A stretch of DNA of 61,978 nucleotides, the filler included. It is 11 parts of 11 records of this genome, joined end to end, with 100 filler letters (N's around TTAATTAATTAA, not from the genome) between each part and the next. Parts side by side here need not be neighbours in the genome. Positions count along the whole stretch, not along the records: positions 32,154 to 37,412 come from SRR31147125_194270; positions 37,513 to 43,147 come from SRR31147125_194683; positions 43,248 to 48,991 come from SRR31147125_195731; 8 more parts are not named here. One strand, written 5' to 3'. The notes beneath the pieces were generated by a model. It saw only the letters and a list, made by a program, of their open reading frames with translations. It was not told where the DNA came from and did no database searches. This document shows, piece by piece, positions 35,030-46,275 of this stretch (positions are counted from its first letter, which is position 1; each line of letters begins with the position of its first letter). The translations under genes and the position numbers were made by a program.

Positions 35030-37412
35030 TCAGTCGTCCAGGTCCGGAAGTACCGCGGCGAAATCGTCGCGGTCGATCGGTTTCTCCCCGTCGTCCTGTT
35101 CGGCCCTGTCCACTTCTTCAACCAATCCCGCCAGCAACGCTTCCGGCACCACGCCGTCGTCATCGGGGATGTCCGCTGCCGGCTCATCGGCCTCAACGGG
35201 CAGCATGTCGACGCCGGTCATGATCTTTCCGAGTTTCTTGCTCAGGCTCTCGCGGACGGTTTTTGTAGGGAATGCTTCGGCCAGGTTTCTGAAGGCGGCC
35301 AGGCTTTCCCGGATCTTGCTATCGTCGAGTTCGATGTTGTGGCGTTCGCGGCTGCGGCGATCGTACTTCTGGGCGACTTCCCTGAAATTGGGTTCGCCGC
35401 TCAATCTCGCGTGAAGCCCCGCCAGTTTCAGGGGAACGCCGTTGTCGATCAGCTGCTGCCGGCCTTCGCCGGTGGTTTCGTCAGTCAGATCGGAGAGATA
35501 TTTGAACATCTCCGCCACCTTCTCGGCATCCAGGCTTTCGTCGGTCTCTTCGTCGATTTCGCCGAGTTCGGAGGAATGATCGGAGCCGTCGGCTCTTCCG
35601 CATCCATCGGATCGGCGACCATGTCGACATCGTCGTCATCCACGGGTTCAGTATCCGTCAGGTCTTCTTCGGAGAGTTCCAGGACGAGGTCTTCCGGTTC
35701 GTCCGCTTCTTCCGGCACCTCTTCCAACTCTTCCGGGAGGTCCTCGCTCAGCAGAGTCTCTTCCTCATCTCCGTCTTCCAGGGTTTCTATATCGTTTTCG
35801 TTCTCCCCGGTGAAGACCAGGTCGGCATCCGGAAGAATCGGATCGGCGGTATCCGGAAGGTCTTCCGATAGGGCGTCGCTTTCCGGTATGAAATACGGCT
35901 CATCGATGTCTTCCGAATCATCGACGGCGTCATCTTCAAAGAGCTCTTCTTCATCCAGCTCCAGGCTTTCAGGTTCAATATCATCGGCCTCGGCTGAAAC
36001 CGGCTCCTCCGATGCCTCCTCAAGGAGTTCCTCTTCGAGAATGGGAATCTCTTCTTCGACAATCTCTTCCACCACCATTTCCTGTGGTGGTTCGGGGGCT
36101 TCCGCAGCCGGCTGCGGCACGGTACGGATGTCCTGGTAGATCACCTGCGGCGGCACGGTACCCATCTGCTGGGCGGGCATGTGGATATGAACCGGAGGAC
36201 CGCCGTAGCCGTCTTCCGGCTGGGGGCTCTCGCCGCCGCCTCGTCCCTTTTCCGTTCCCGGTCCGAAAGTTCGGTCCACGCGTCGTCCAGGTCTTCAGCC
36301 GATTCGTCGAGGTAGACAGTTTCCTCTTCTTCGTTGATCCGGATGACCGGTTCCATGGCGTTCAGGTCCAGGAGGGACAGGGCGTCCTCCTGTTCCAGGG
36401 GAATCTCCCGGGAGATGCTCCTGTTCGGTTTCCTGGATCCGGCCGGCCGGCCGATGGCCGAATGGAGTTTCCGGCCGAGTTGTGCGCTCCGTTCTGCGAA
36501 CAGGTCTCCCTTTTCGTTGGCCAAAGCGTCGGCGGCTTTCTCGTACAGGCCCAGGACTTCATTGAGGGCATCCAGGTCTTCCGCTTCACCCCGTGCGCCG
36601 AGAAGGTTCACGGCTTCGTCGAGTTTGGCCAGGGCTTCGTCTCTATTGCCGGCTCTGCCGTGAAGTTCGGCCAGGGATACCAGGTCGTCGGTATCTCCGG
36701 GTTCGGCATCCGCCGCTTCCTGCCTCAGCCTGACCGCTTCCTCCGGCCGGCTGTCTGCCATCAGATCCGACAGGATCCGCCGGCTGCCGGCATCGTCGGG
36801 ATTCACCGCCACCAGCTCTCCGAGGAGGCGTTCGGCGTCTCCGGGACGCCCGGTGGCGATATTCAGTTTCGCGAGGTCCCTCACCACATCGGGATCGTGG
36901 GGCAGGCGCTTCAGGATAGCCTCGGCTTCCGTCGGCCGGCGGGTGGCCAGATAAAGGTCGGCCTTGGCCCTCAGGGCGTCCCGATGTTCGGGATTCCTCT
37001 CAAGGACGTGGTCCAGGCTTCGCTCCGCCTCGTCCCACCTGGTGAGGCCCATCAGTGTTCGCCCCATCCTGACGCGGATCTCGGGGTCCCTCGGATGGTG
37101 GGTGATCTGCTTGTTGATCTCTTCCAGGGCTTCGTTGAGTTCCTTGTTATCATGGTAAGAGTCGTGGAGGTTCAGCGCGGCCTTGACGTAGTCCGGCTCC
37201 TCAGCGAGCGCCTTGCGGAAACAGGCCCTGGCATCATCGACGCGGCCCAGGCGGTCGTAGGTGACTCCCAGGTTGTTCAGCGCGCTCGTATTCTGCGGCT
37301 CGATGTTGAGCAATGTCCGGAACGTGCGGGCCGCTTCGTCCTCCCGGCCCATTTCCTGGAGGACGATTCCGAGGTTGTTGAGCCCCGGCGTCCAGCCGGG
37401 TCGGCTCTTCAG
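35030..37412 (-). CDS. TPR-repeat protein with long acidic linker (spirochaete-like), split by two probable frameshifts (~36250, ~35530), 5' truncated
   Basis: ORFs 36141..37352, 35485..36279 and 35030..35518 are collinear; ALNNLGV TPR motifs. Confidence 0.7.
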
Positions 37413-37512
37413 NNNNNNNNNNNNNNNNNNNNNNNNNNNNNNNNNNNNNNNNNNNNTTAATTAATTAANNNNNNNNNNNNNNNNNNNNNNNNNNNNNNNN
37501 NNNNNNNNNNNN

Positions 37513-37893
37513 GGGAACCCCCCAAAGGGTCATATAGCCGGTAACCACCATCCCGAACAGACCGAAAGCCAAAACCGGCGGTAAAAGGCGGTAAATGCTT
37601 ACCCCACCTGCTTTAAGGGCCATAACCTCATTATCACTGGACATCCTCAAGTGGGTCAACAAAACGGCCATCATTACCGACATGGGAATGACGTACTGGA
37701 GAAAATACGGCATCATATAAATCAGCAGCAGGAATACCGCCCCCGCCCCGACTTTTTGATTGACGATCATATCGGTGATGTCGAGAATTTCTTTCATCAG
37801 AAAGATAAATGAAAAAAAAGCCAGGTTGATAATAAACGGAGGCAGCATCTCGAGAATGAGATACCGAAACAGAATGGAAAAAGGGGTGATCAA
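37513..37893 (-). CDS. lptF: LPS export permease LptF, N-terminal part
   Basis: RYLILEMLPPF and RMSSDNEVMALKAGGVS. Confidence 0.85.
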
Positions 37894-38260
37894 GGGTTTT
37901 CTCGAATGTTTTTCCGGTTAGTGGGCCTAAAAATTTGGACAATGGTTATGGATGGACAACCAATGGCGCAAATGCGGTTGATCGCGCGCTAAGAAACTCG
38001 CATCAGATATTGTCGCGTGGCAATTGAGACTCATCTTGCTCGTGCAAGATGGCGTCATCTTCGTTGACGTCCGACTCGTCCGTGGGTTGATCTTCATCCG
38101 TCGGGTCGTCATCATCCCATTCGTCGCCTTCATCGTCCATGAAACAGTCCTTTCCCGTTGCATTCGTGCCTGTTATTGATTGATACGATACACCGCTTAC
38201 TCGGCGTTTGATTCTAAAACATCCCGGCACAAAATGAAATGCTAAAATGGAAACACGGGC

Positions 38261-39829
38261 TCACGCCTGCGGTGGTCCCTGCCGGAGGTAACGCGCCACC
38301 GCCTCGGCGGCGCGCTCTCCATCGACGGCGCACGAGACGATGCCGCCGGCATACCCGGCGCCTTCACCGCAGGGGAACAATCCTTCCAGGTTGATGTGCT
38401 GCAAGGATTGTGAATCCCGGGGAATTCTCACGGGAGAAGAGGTCCGCGACTCGACCCCCACGATCACGGCATCGTTGGTGACAAAGCCTTTCATGCGGCG
38501 GTCAAAAGCCCTGAAGGCGGCGCGCAACCGATGGGCAATGGCCTGAGGCAGCCAACCCGAAAGGGGTGAGGCGATCACGCCGGGGGGATAGGAACAGGCC
38601 GGCAGGGTGGTTGAGGGGCGGCCGGCGACAAAGTCGGCCAGACGCTGGGCCGGCGCCACGACCCCCGCCGCCATGCTGATGCGCCAGGCGCTCCAGGGCC
38701 TGTTGGTAGGCGAGTCCGGCCAGGGGGCCCTGGCTCGCCCGGCGGGGGATATCGTCCATGGCAATCTGCACCACGATGCCGGCATTGGCAAAGGGAGCGT
38801 TGCGCTTGGCAAAGGACATGCCGTTCACCACCAGGGCATCGTGTTCGGTGGACGCCGGGACGATGTACCCGCCCGGACACATGCAGAAACTGTATACCCC
38901 ACGGCCATCCACCTGCTGGACCAGTCGGTATGCGGCTGCCGGCAGGTATTCCCCGCGCGGTTCTCCGTGGTATTGGATGCGGTCGATGAGCCCTTGGGGA
39001 TGCTCGACTCTCACGCCCATGGCAAAGGCCTTGGTTTCCAGGGCGATCCCCTGCCCCATGAGCAGCGCATAGATATTTCGGGCACTGTGACCGGTGGCCA
39101 GGATCACCGCCCGTCCATCGATGCGTGCCCCATCCGTGAGGGTCACCCCAACGGCCCTGCCGCCGCGGATCACCAATCCGCCGACCTGCCGTTGAAAATG
39201 GATTTCCCCCTGATGGGCCGTGATCGTTTCGCGCATGGCCCGGACGATGCCGGGAAGCCGGTTGGAACCAATATGGGGGTGGGCCTCGTATAAAATGGCT
39301 GCATCCGCGCCGTGCCGCCGGAAGCACTCCAGCACCCGGCGGTGATTCCCCCGTTTTTGGACCGTGTGTAAAGCTTGCCGTCCGAAAAGGTGCCGGCACC
39401 GCCTTCGCCAAAGGCGTAATTGGAGTCCGCGTCCAAGAGCCCCCGCCGGTTCAGGGCGGCCACATCCCGCCGTCTTGGGCCGACCGCCTTGCCCTGTTCC
39501 ACCACCACGGGTTTGAGCCCCAGTTCCAGGATACGCAGGGCGGCAAACAGGCCTGCCGGCCCGGCTCCCACGATCACCACCGGCGGTGCGTGGCGGACAT
39601 CACGATACACACTTTCAGGCAACTGCGCCGCACCGGCCTCCCCAGGGGCATAGACATCCAGGCTCAGATTGACGCGAACCGGCCGTTTGCGGGCATCGAT
39701 GGAGCGCCGCGTGATTACATAGCGGTCCGCGTCAATCGCGTGGCCGGCCTCACGGCGCAGCGCTTTAAGAATCGCTTGCGGGTCGGCCGCCTGGCGGGGG
39801 GAAAGAACAAGGGCGATCTTTTTTGCCAC
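38261..39829 (-). CDS. FAD-dependent oxidoreductase (uncharacterised flavoprotein family), two probable frameshifts (~39355, ~38665)
   Basis: VGAGPAGLFAA, FGEGGAGTFSDGKL, SFCMCPGG and GEGAGYAGGIVS. Confidence 0.88.
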
Positions 39830-39835
39830 CGTTTG

Positions 39836-40144
39836 TCAGGCCTTTGTACGCCGGTTGTGTTCATAGCGCATTTGCAGGATTTCGACCATCAGGGCAAATC
39901 CCATGGGCAGGTAGATGTAGGCCTTGGGGACGTGCTTGTGCAATCCTTCCATGAAAATGGTCACTCCGATGGTGATCAAGAACGAAAGGGCCAGGATCTT
40001 CAAAGCCGGGTGCTGAAGGATGAAATCACCGATGGGGCGCGCGAAAAATAGAATTCCCACGAAGGAGAGCACCAGAACATTGTCCACCCCCAGCACCAGT
40101 TCCAATCCGATCAGAAGGGCCAACAGGCCCAGGGCATCCGCCAT
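39836..40144 (-). pseudogene. TerC-family gene with a large in-frame internal deletion (102 aa)
   Basis: N-terminal LELVLGVDN joined directly to C-terminal HPALKILALSFL...VPKAYIY. Confidence 0.7.
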
Positions 40145-40171
40145 CGATCACCTCTTCAGATATGACGCGAA

Positions 40172-41788
40172 TTAGCGTCCCTCCAGGATCGCCAGCACCT
40201 CGGCACGCTTGTCAGCCGCCCGGCGCAAAATCGCCTCGGCCTCCTTGGTAACGCGGGCCTTGAAAGCGATATCGCTGACTTCAGTCATATTGATCATCAC
40301 ATTTTGATAGGCGCCCCAAATGCCTGTTTCCAAGGCCCTGGCTCCCACCGCCACATCCGACCGCGACGCCGGGTTACCGTGACGGGCCACTTTGCAGAGG
40401 GCATCCCACCCCTCGTCCCCTATTTTCATGGTCTTCAGCGGGATGTCAATGGCCTTTTTCAGGCCGGCTTGCATGCACTCGGACCGCAGGGCGCGCTGCT
40501 CGTCAGTGTCCGTGGGCAGCCGCACGGCATCCATGAAGTCCTTGAAAGCCGTGGTATCGGCATCGATCATGGGAATCAGACGGACAACCGCATCGTGCAA
40601 CGGCGGTATATTTTTCCGCATCACCCCATCCACCGACTCGAATTTTCGTACGCCATAAGTAAGTTTTCCGACCATGGCCCCCAAACCGACGCCCATGGCG
40701 GCCAGGACAGCCGAAACCGATCCCCCTCCCGGCGCCGATGAACGGGACGCCACCTCTTCGATAAACCCACGCAGTGTCAGGCCGGCCAACGGTTCGGCAG
40801 ACGCCTCTGCCACCCGGTATTCGATAATCTTTTCCTTGGGATCAAAGGCAGCCACACTGGAAAGCCCCAGGCGCTGTACCACCAAGCGTACTTTCTGATC
40901 CTCATCGAGGATAAACAGGTTTTCTTTGTTTATGTAGTAATCCGCAGCCATGAGAATCGCCTTCAGGGGAATCAGGCCGACGATCTCGGAACCGGCAACC
41001 CCGACATTCAAGGCCGCGGCCTCTTTTTTAACCGCCTCGAAAAGAACGTGCACGGGGGTAACGCGATAGTCGGTAAGATTGACCGTCACCTGAGCCACAT
41101 TGTAGTCGTCCACGAACCAGCCCATCCCCTTGACCGCTTTCAATCGACCGGGAGCATTGGCCCCCCTTCCGGCCTCGCGCAGATTAAGGGCGATGCGATG
41201 CGCCTGGTTGCGGGTGCCCAGGATATTGACGTTGTAGGCGATGAGAAAATGGCGCGCGCCGGTGGCCGTGGCCCCCCATTCAGGAACAAATTCGGCCGGC
41301 CCGAAATCGGGTTTCCACTTTGGATCCGTCAGGCGCCGGGCAAGCCCTTCGTATTCGCCCTGGCGAAGTTGGGGCAGGGTTCGGCGGTAATCGGCCCTGG
41401 CCGCTTTTTCGTAAAGGAAAAAAGGAACCCCCAGTTCCTCGCCAGCCAGACGGCCAAAGGTCTCGGCAACGGCGACACAGTCGTCCATGGTTACGTTCGC
41501 CACAGGAATGAACGGGCAGACATCCATGGCCCCCATACGCGGATGGCTTCCCTTGTGCCGTCGCATGTCAATACGCGCACGCGCCACCCTGGCAGCCGCC
41601 AGCGCCCCTTGAACCACGGTATCGGGATCCCCCACAAAGGTATACACGCTGCGGTTGGTCGATCTGCCGGGATCCACATCCAGCAGGGAACAACCCGCTG
41701 TCTGATCTATGGCCCGGGCAATGGCATCGATCGTTTCCCGATGCTTGCCTTCGGAGAAATTTGGCACACACGCGATGATTTTTTTCAT
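40172..41788 (-). CDS. ftcD: Bifunctional glutamate formimidoyltransferase/formiminotetrahydrofolate cyclodeaminase
   Basis: CVPNFSEG, HPRMGAMDVCPF, APGGGSVSA and DADTTAF. Confidence 0.93.
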   Translation of the reverse strand: MKKIIACVPNFSEGKHRETIDAIARAIDQTAGCSLLDVDPGRSTNRSVYTFVGDPDTVVQGALAAARVARARIDMRRHKGSHPRMGAMDVCPFIPVANVTMDDCVAVAETFGRLAGEELGVPFFLYEKAARADYRRTLPQLRQGEYEGLARRLTDPKWKPDFGPAEFVPEWGATATGARHFLIAYNVNILGTRNQAHRIALNLREAGRGANAPGRLKAVKGMGWFVDDYNVAQVTVNLTDYRVTPVHVLFEAVKKEAAALNVGVAGSEIVGLIPLKAILMAADYYINKENLFILDEDQKVRLVVQRLGLSSVAAFDPKEKIIEYRVAEASAEPLAGLTLRGFIEEVASRSSAPGGGSVSAVLAAMGVGLGAMVGKLTYGVRKFESVDGVMRKNIPPLHDAVVRLIPMIDADTTAFKDFMDAVRLPTDTDEQRALRSECMQAGLKKAIDIPLKTMKIGDEGWDALCKVARHGNPASRSDVAVGARALETGIWGAYQNVMINMTEVSDIAFKARVTKEAEAILRRAADKRAEVLAILEGR

Positions 41789-41897
41789 AGTGCATTCACC
41801 ATTTGCCTACGCCTTTAAGCCATACCCACGCGCACTCAGCTTCCCCCGGTTGTCGTAAGGGGGAGTGGCCCGGCTTTCCAGTGACGGACTCACGCCA

Positions 41898-42227
41898 TCA
41901 GTAAGGCATCATATATACGGCTCCCATCTCATGATAGGGGATCCCGTGCCCGGTCCTTTCCTGGCACCATTTGATGGTGCAGAATCCCATTGATCTCGGC
42001 TGGCAATCGATATCCGTGGAAATGTGCCGGTAGTTTTCTCCTGATGCGCGGACAAGGATGGTGGTCCCGGGCGAGAGCGGTTGATAACTGAAAAAACGGA
42101 TCCCCTGCGCACTGTAGTTGATCAATCCGCCCTTGATCTGTCGGGTGTTGTGATATGTCTGCAGCAACGTGATCCGTCCTTCGCCATGGTGCCGGGGATG
42201 GTGCCGTTTTTCCTGTAGTGTCGCCAT
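41898..42227 (-). CDS. Stand-alone PilZ-domain protein
   Basis: RHHPR (RxxxR) and NYSAQG (N/DxSxxG); AAGGAG RBS before the ATG at 42227. Confidence 0.7.
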   Translation of the reverse strand: MATLQEKRHHPRHHGEGRITLLQTYHNTRQIKGGLINYSAQGIRFFSYQPLSPGTTILVRASGENYRHISTDIDCQPRSMGFCTIKWCQERTGHGIPYHEMGAVYMMPY

Positions 42228-42541
42228 AACCGCTCCTTTACGGTAAATGCCCGTTCCAACGGGGACATCGGCCTGTTGTTCCCTTCCGGGAAACAAAAGA
42301 GCCGCCTCTATTTGCATGCGTTGGATCAGTAGCCGAGTTAGCTATTTTACCGATAAGCGATCAACTCATATGACGATGAAGAGGAAGGCAGGAGTGAAAA
42401 GCGAACGGATGCGATCAGAGGTGAAGCTCCACCAGCAGTAGCAATTTTCTATTGATATCAAAGACAATATCGATTCTTAGATCATTGTTGTCGTGGCCGT
42501 CAAGCATTTTAGAACAGCACATTAGCAGCACCACCGGCTTT

Positions 42542-43147
42542 TCACGGACCCGCCCATGCGATTAATACAATCAGGTCGAACTCCGCGGCGGCGGCATACA
42601 AAGGGGCAAGACTCCCGAACAGAGCCGCCAAATCAGCAGCTATCGTTTGCTTTTTGGCAACGGCCGCCTGCTTTTCGATACACTTTTCAATACGCAGATC
42701 GATTTCGACGGCGTTGGCCGCACCGGCAAGAAAGCCGCTAATGGCGTCAACCCCGCTTGTGATATCATCGTCTCGACAATGTACCCATTGATCGTTTTGC
42801 GCTTCGAGCCTGCCGACGAATCCTTTCTTTGAGGAATCACAGACATAGATCGCGTGGGTGGCACATTGCTTCAGCAGCCAGGTTTCATTCTCCGGTTTTT
42901 CCAACCATGCCAGCAACGCATGCCAGTCACTCGTTTCTGGTGATGAAAGCAGGCGGGGAACGTAAAAGCCGAAAAACAGGTAGTCATCGTCAACCCGTGC
43001 ATAAAATTTCGCCTGGTCGGCAAAATTTTTCTGTTTCTGACGAGTGGTGTCCAACCAATGAATCTCAGGTTTGCGCAATACGGCCCAGGAGTTGAATTTG
43101 AAGGATTTACTGGACATTTTTTGGGTTACCATGCCCCCCAACTGTCC
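42542..43147 (-). CDS. Hypothetical protein, C-terminal fragment
   Basis: Open frame to the contig edge; no recognised motif. Confidence 0.55.
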   Translation of the reverse strand, partial: GQLGGMVTQKMSSKSFKFNSWAVLRKPEIHWLDTTRQKQKNFADQAKFYARVDDDYLFFGFYVPRLLSSPETSDWHALLAWLEKPENETWLLKQCATHAIYVCDSSKKGFVGRLEAQNDQWVHCRDDDITSGVDAISGFLAGAANAVEIDLRIEKCIEKQAAVAKKQTIAADLAALFGSLAPLYAAAAEFDLIVLIAWAGP

Positions 43148-43247
43148 NNNNNNNNNNNNNNNNNNNNNNNNNNNNNNNNNNNNNNNNNNNNTTAATTAAT
43201 TAANNNNNNNNNNNNNNNNNNNNNNNNNNNNNNNNNNNNNNNNNNNN

Positions 43248-43472
43248 TTTTTCAAGCCTGTCAAGTATCCGCGTGATGTTGGCTGCGCTTTTTTCGGTCA
43301 TCTGGCAGATCTCGCGCTGGGTGCGCCCCGTATCCCGTTCGATGTGTTTCAGGATGTGCAGCTGCTCCATTGTTATATCGTGGGGTTTAAGCGTCTGGTC
43401 GATATGGGTGCGCAGCGCCTGGGAGGTCTGGTAGATGCTGCGGCCGAGTGAGGTGTGCTGGCAGGTGGTCAT
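43248..43472 (-). CDS. MarR-family regulator, 3' truncated
   Basis: ITMEQLHIL..TQREI..ANITRILDRLEK. Confidence 0.85.
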
Positions 43473-43702
43473 GGCGATTTCCGAGATTATTTAGTTTCGA
43501 TCCGAAAACGATCATTTTCGGATGAAAACTATTTAACAGGGCAAATATTAACAGGCTAACTGATACTGTCAATAAAAATGGCGACGCACCGACAATCGGA
43601 GTCAGGCGAACCGAAATTGATGGCACGAATGGTGAAAACTGTGATACGGTTCCCTCGCGATGAAGTTTCTGAAAACAATACATCATATCGGGAGAATACA
43701 AG

Positions 43703-44539
43703 ATGGCAGTGTACTATATCGACGGTAAATATGTGGACGCGGTCGAGGCGGTTCTGCCGGTCAGCGACCTGGCCATCCTCCGCGGCTACGGCGTGTTCGA
43801 TTTCATGCGGACCTACAACGGCCGGCCGTTTCACCTGGAGGATCATTTGAACCGGCTGCGCAACTCCGCCGGGCTGATCGGACTGAACTGCCCGTGGAGC
43901 AACGAAGAACTGAGCTCCATCGTTACTGAGACGCTTGGTAAGAACAGCTTCGGGGAGTCAAATGTCCGGTTGCTGATAACCGGAGGCGACAGCGAAGACG
44001 GGATCTCGCCGGGGCAAAGCCCCCGGCTGCTGGTTATCATCAGTGAGGCGATCAGGTACTCCGATGAATGCTACCGTGATGGCATCAAGATCATCACCGC
44101 CCGGCAGAAGCGCTCTATTCCAGGGGCCAAGAGTATCGACTACATCAGGGCGATTGTGACGCTCAAAGATGCGAAGGCTGTGGATGCGGTCGAATCAGTC
44201 TACGTGACGGAGGACGACCATGTTCTGGAGGGCACCACGTCGAACCTGTTCCTTGTCAAGGATGGTGCGCTCGTCACCCCGTCCGAGAATATCCTGCCCG
44301 GTATCACCCGGGAAGTGCTGCTTGAAATCCTCAAACCGGAATTCGAACTTCAGCTGCGCCCGGTTTTGAAACAGGAATTGCTCGCTGCCGACGAAGTGTT
44401 TCTGGCCTCGTCGAACAAGGAGGTGATGCCTGTTGTCAGTGTAGATCGGCAGGTGGTAGCGGATGGCAGGCCCGGCAGCGTTACCCGGAAGGTCATGGAA
44501 ATCTTCAGAGACTATACCGAGCGTTATGGCAACAGATAA
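43703..44539 (+). CDS. PLP-dependent aminotransferase class IV (BCAT/D-amino-acid aminotransferase-like)
   Basis: RGYGVFD, EGTTSNLF, ILPGITR and ADEVFL. Confidence 0.92.
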   Translation: MAVYYIDGKYVDAVEAVLPVSDLAILRGYGVFDFMRTYNGRPFHLEDHLNRLRNSAGLIGLNCPWSNEELSSIVTETLGKNSFGESNVRLLITGGDSEDGISPGQSPRLLVIISEAIRYSDECYRDGIKIITARQKRSIPGAKSIDYIRAIVTLKDAKAVDAVESVYVTEDDHVLEGTTSNLFLVKDGALVTPSENILPGITREVLLEILKPEFELQLRPVLKQELLAADEVFLASSNKEVMPVVSVDRQVVADGRPGSVTRKVMEIFRDYTERYGNR

Positions 44540-44540
44540 A

Positions 44541-46159
44541 TTACCGAGACGGTTTTGTCCCGATAAACGGCCGTTCAATGTAGGAGTAGGTAAGCACTGA
44601 AACCAGATAGGTAGCCACTCCGGCCATGATGAACAAAGGCAAGTGCTCCGGGCGGTAGGCGGTGAAGTATATCGTGGCATTTCTGACACTTTCGATCATG
44701 AGGTAGTGCAGCAGGTAGAAGCTGAATCCGACCACGCCGACAGCCCGTAGCGGTACCAGGTTCATGAGTCGGTCGAGAAAGGAGTCCCTGGACAGCAGGG
44801 TGGCTAAAATGAGCAATCCTGCCGCGATGCCGAAGAGCAGAGGGTTGTACAGCGGATTGAAATGGCGATATGCTTCGCCCTGTAACGTGCACAGTACCAA
44901 GCATGTGCCGAGAATCAGCAGGCCGGTCGATGAGGCGCAGAAACGTATCGCTGGTTTCGACAGGAAATCGCTGTACTTCTGGACCAGCGCACTGTAGAAA
45001 AATGAGACGGCGGCACCGGTGATGAAAATACCGGCCATCGGTCTCAGGTCGGCGTTGTTTCCGTAAAGTGAAATGAGATCCACGGTCAGGAAGCGGTAGC
45101 ATAGAAAAACGGCGAAGGCCAGAAACAGCGTTGACGCAAACCGGTTTCCTCGGCAGACAAGAAGGTTGATCATCATTATCGGCGGCAGCAGCAGGTAGAA
45201 GAACATTTCCTGCGGTATGGACCAGAGGTGGCCGTCGGCCTGGATGAAGAGATAGTGTCTGATCGCGGTTTCGATTCTTCCTTCGAACAGGAAGAGTATC
45301 GAGATCATTACGTAATACATCGGCACGATCCGCTTGACTCTCCTGACCAGGTAGTGAGCCATATACTCCCCTGATGCTGCCAGATCCGGTCGTCGGACAA
45401 ACGGGGTTGCCAGCAGGAAGCCGCTCAGACAGAAGAACAGCAGGACGCCGAATATTCCCCCGGTGCCGCCCAGCCCACAGTGTTGAGCAAAACGAGCAGG
45501 GCTGCAATCCCCCTGATGCCGTCGAGAGATCCGATGTTAATTCCTGAAGATGATTGCTTGCTTTCGATATCTCTGATCGCCGGAAGCGATCGCCAGGTGA
45601 GCCGGGATATCATCAGGTAGAAGATGAGGGACAAGGCAGCAGGCAGGCCGTATGCAAGGAATCCGTTCTGCTGGATAAGGGTAGTTTTGAGCACCAGGTA
45701 TGGATCACCGCTGCTATAGGTTATCAGGACATGATCTTTTTCGAGCCTGTATCCGGTGATCGCGTTGTTGGGAGTGAACTGTTCGAACACCCGGCGATGG
45801 TCGAAAACGATGCCCGGCCCGAAATGACTGGCGAGTTCGATTGAATAAACCTTTACCGTCCCCGGGCGGGAGCCGAAATCGAGCCTGATTTTACGCGCGA
45901 CATGATTGTTCAGCAGAATCCTGCTGCGTGATCGCTTACCTGCCTTGATCTGTTTGGATTTCTTTTTGTATTTCCCCCTGAAACCGGCTTTTTCCGACGG
46001 AGCGTAGAAAAGTTCCACCACCGTGTTTTTGCTGAACTCCGCATCGAGGAACAGTGCTGAAAAACCAGATAAAGCGACATATGAGACGGCTGTTTTCGTA
46101 AGGAGGAATATAAGCAACGCACAGACTAGTTTTATGCCGGGTGCGGATAGATATCTCAT
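44541..46159 (-). CDS. Acyltransferase_3 (OafA/YrhL-like) membrane O-acyltransferase with an N-terminal soluble domain, frameshift near 45480
   Basis: LDGIRGIAALLV, FFCLSGFLL, RRVKRIVPMY, HLWSIPQE, FSFYLLH and YSYIERP. Confidence 0.82.
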
Positions 46160-46275
46160 ATTTTGATCCAGCCAATAGTGGGTGAAAAGGTGCAGCGGAA
46201 ACGGTAAATTTCGGACATAGTAGTCGGAACTGAAAATAATTTAAATATTTGATTCTGAATAGTTGGGGTTATTGC

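Noticed and set aside
38003-38143. Short very acidic ORF upstream of lptF
   Set aside because: No homology or motif support; may be spurious
41840-41866. GC hairpin upstream of ftcD as a folate riboswitch
   Set aside because: Short stem only; no recognisable THF or ZTP riboswitch consensus
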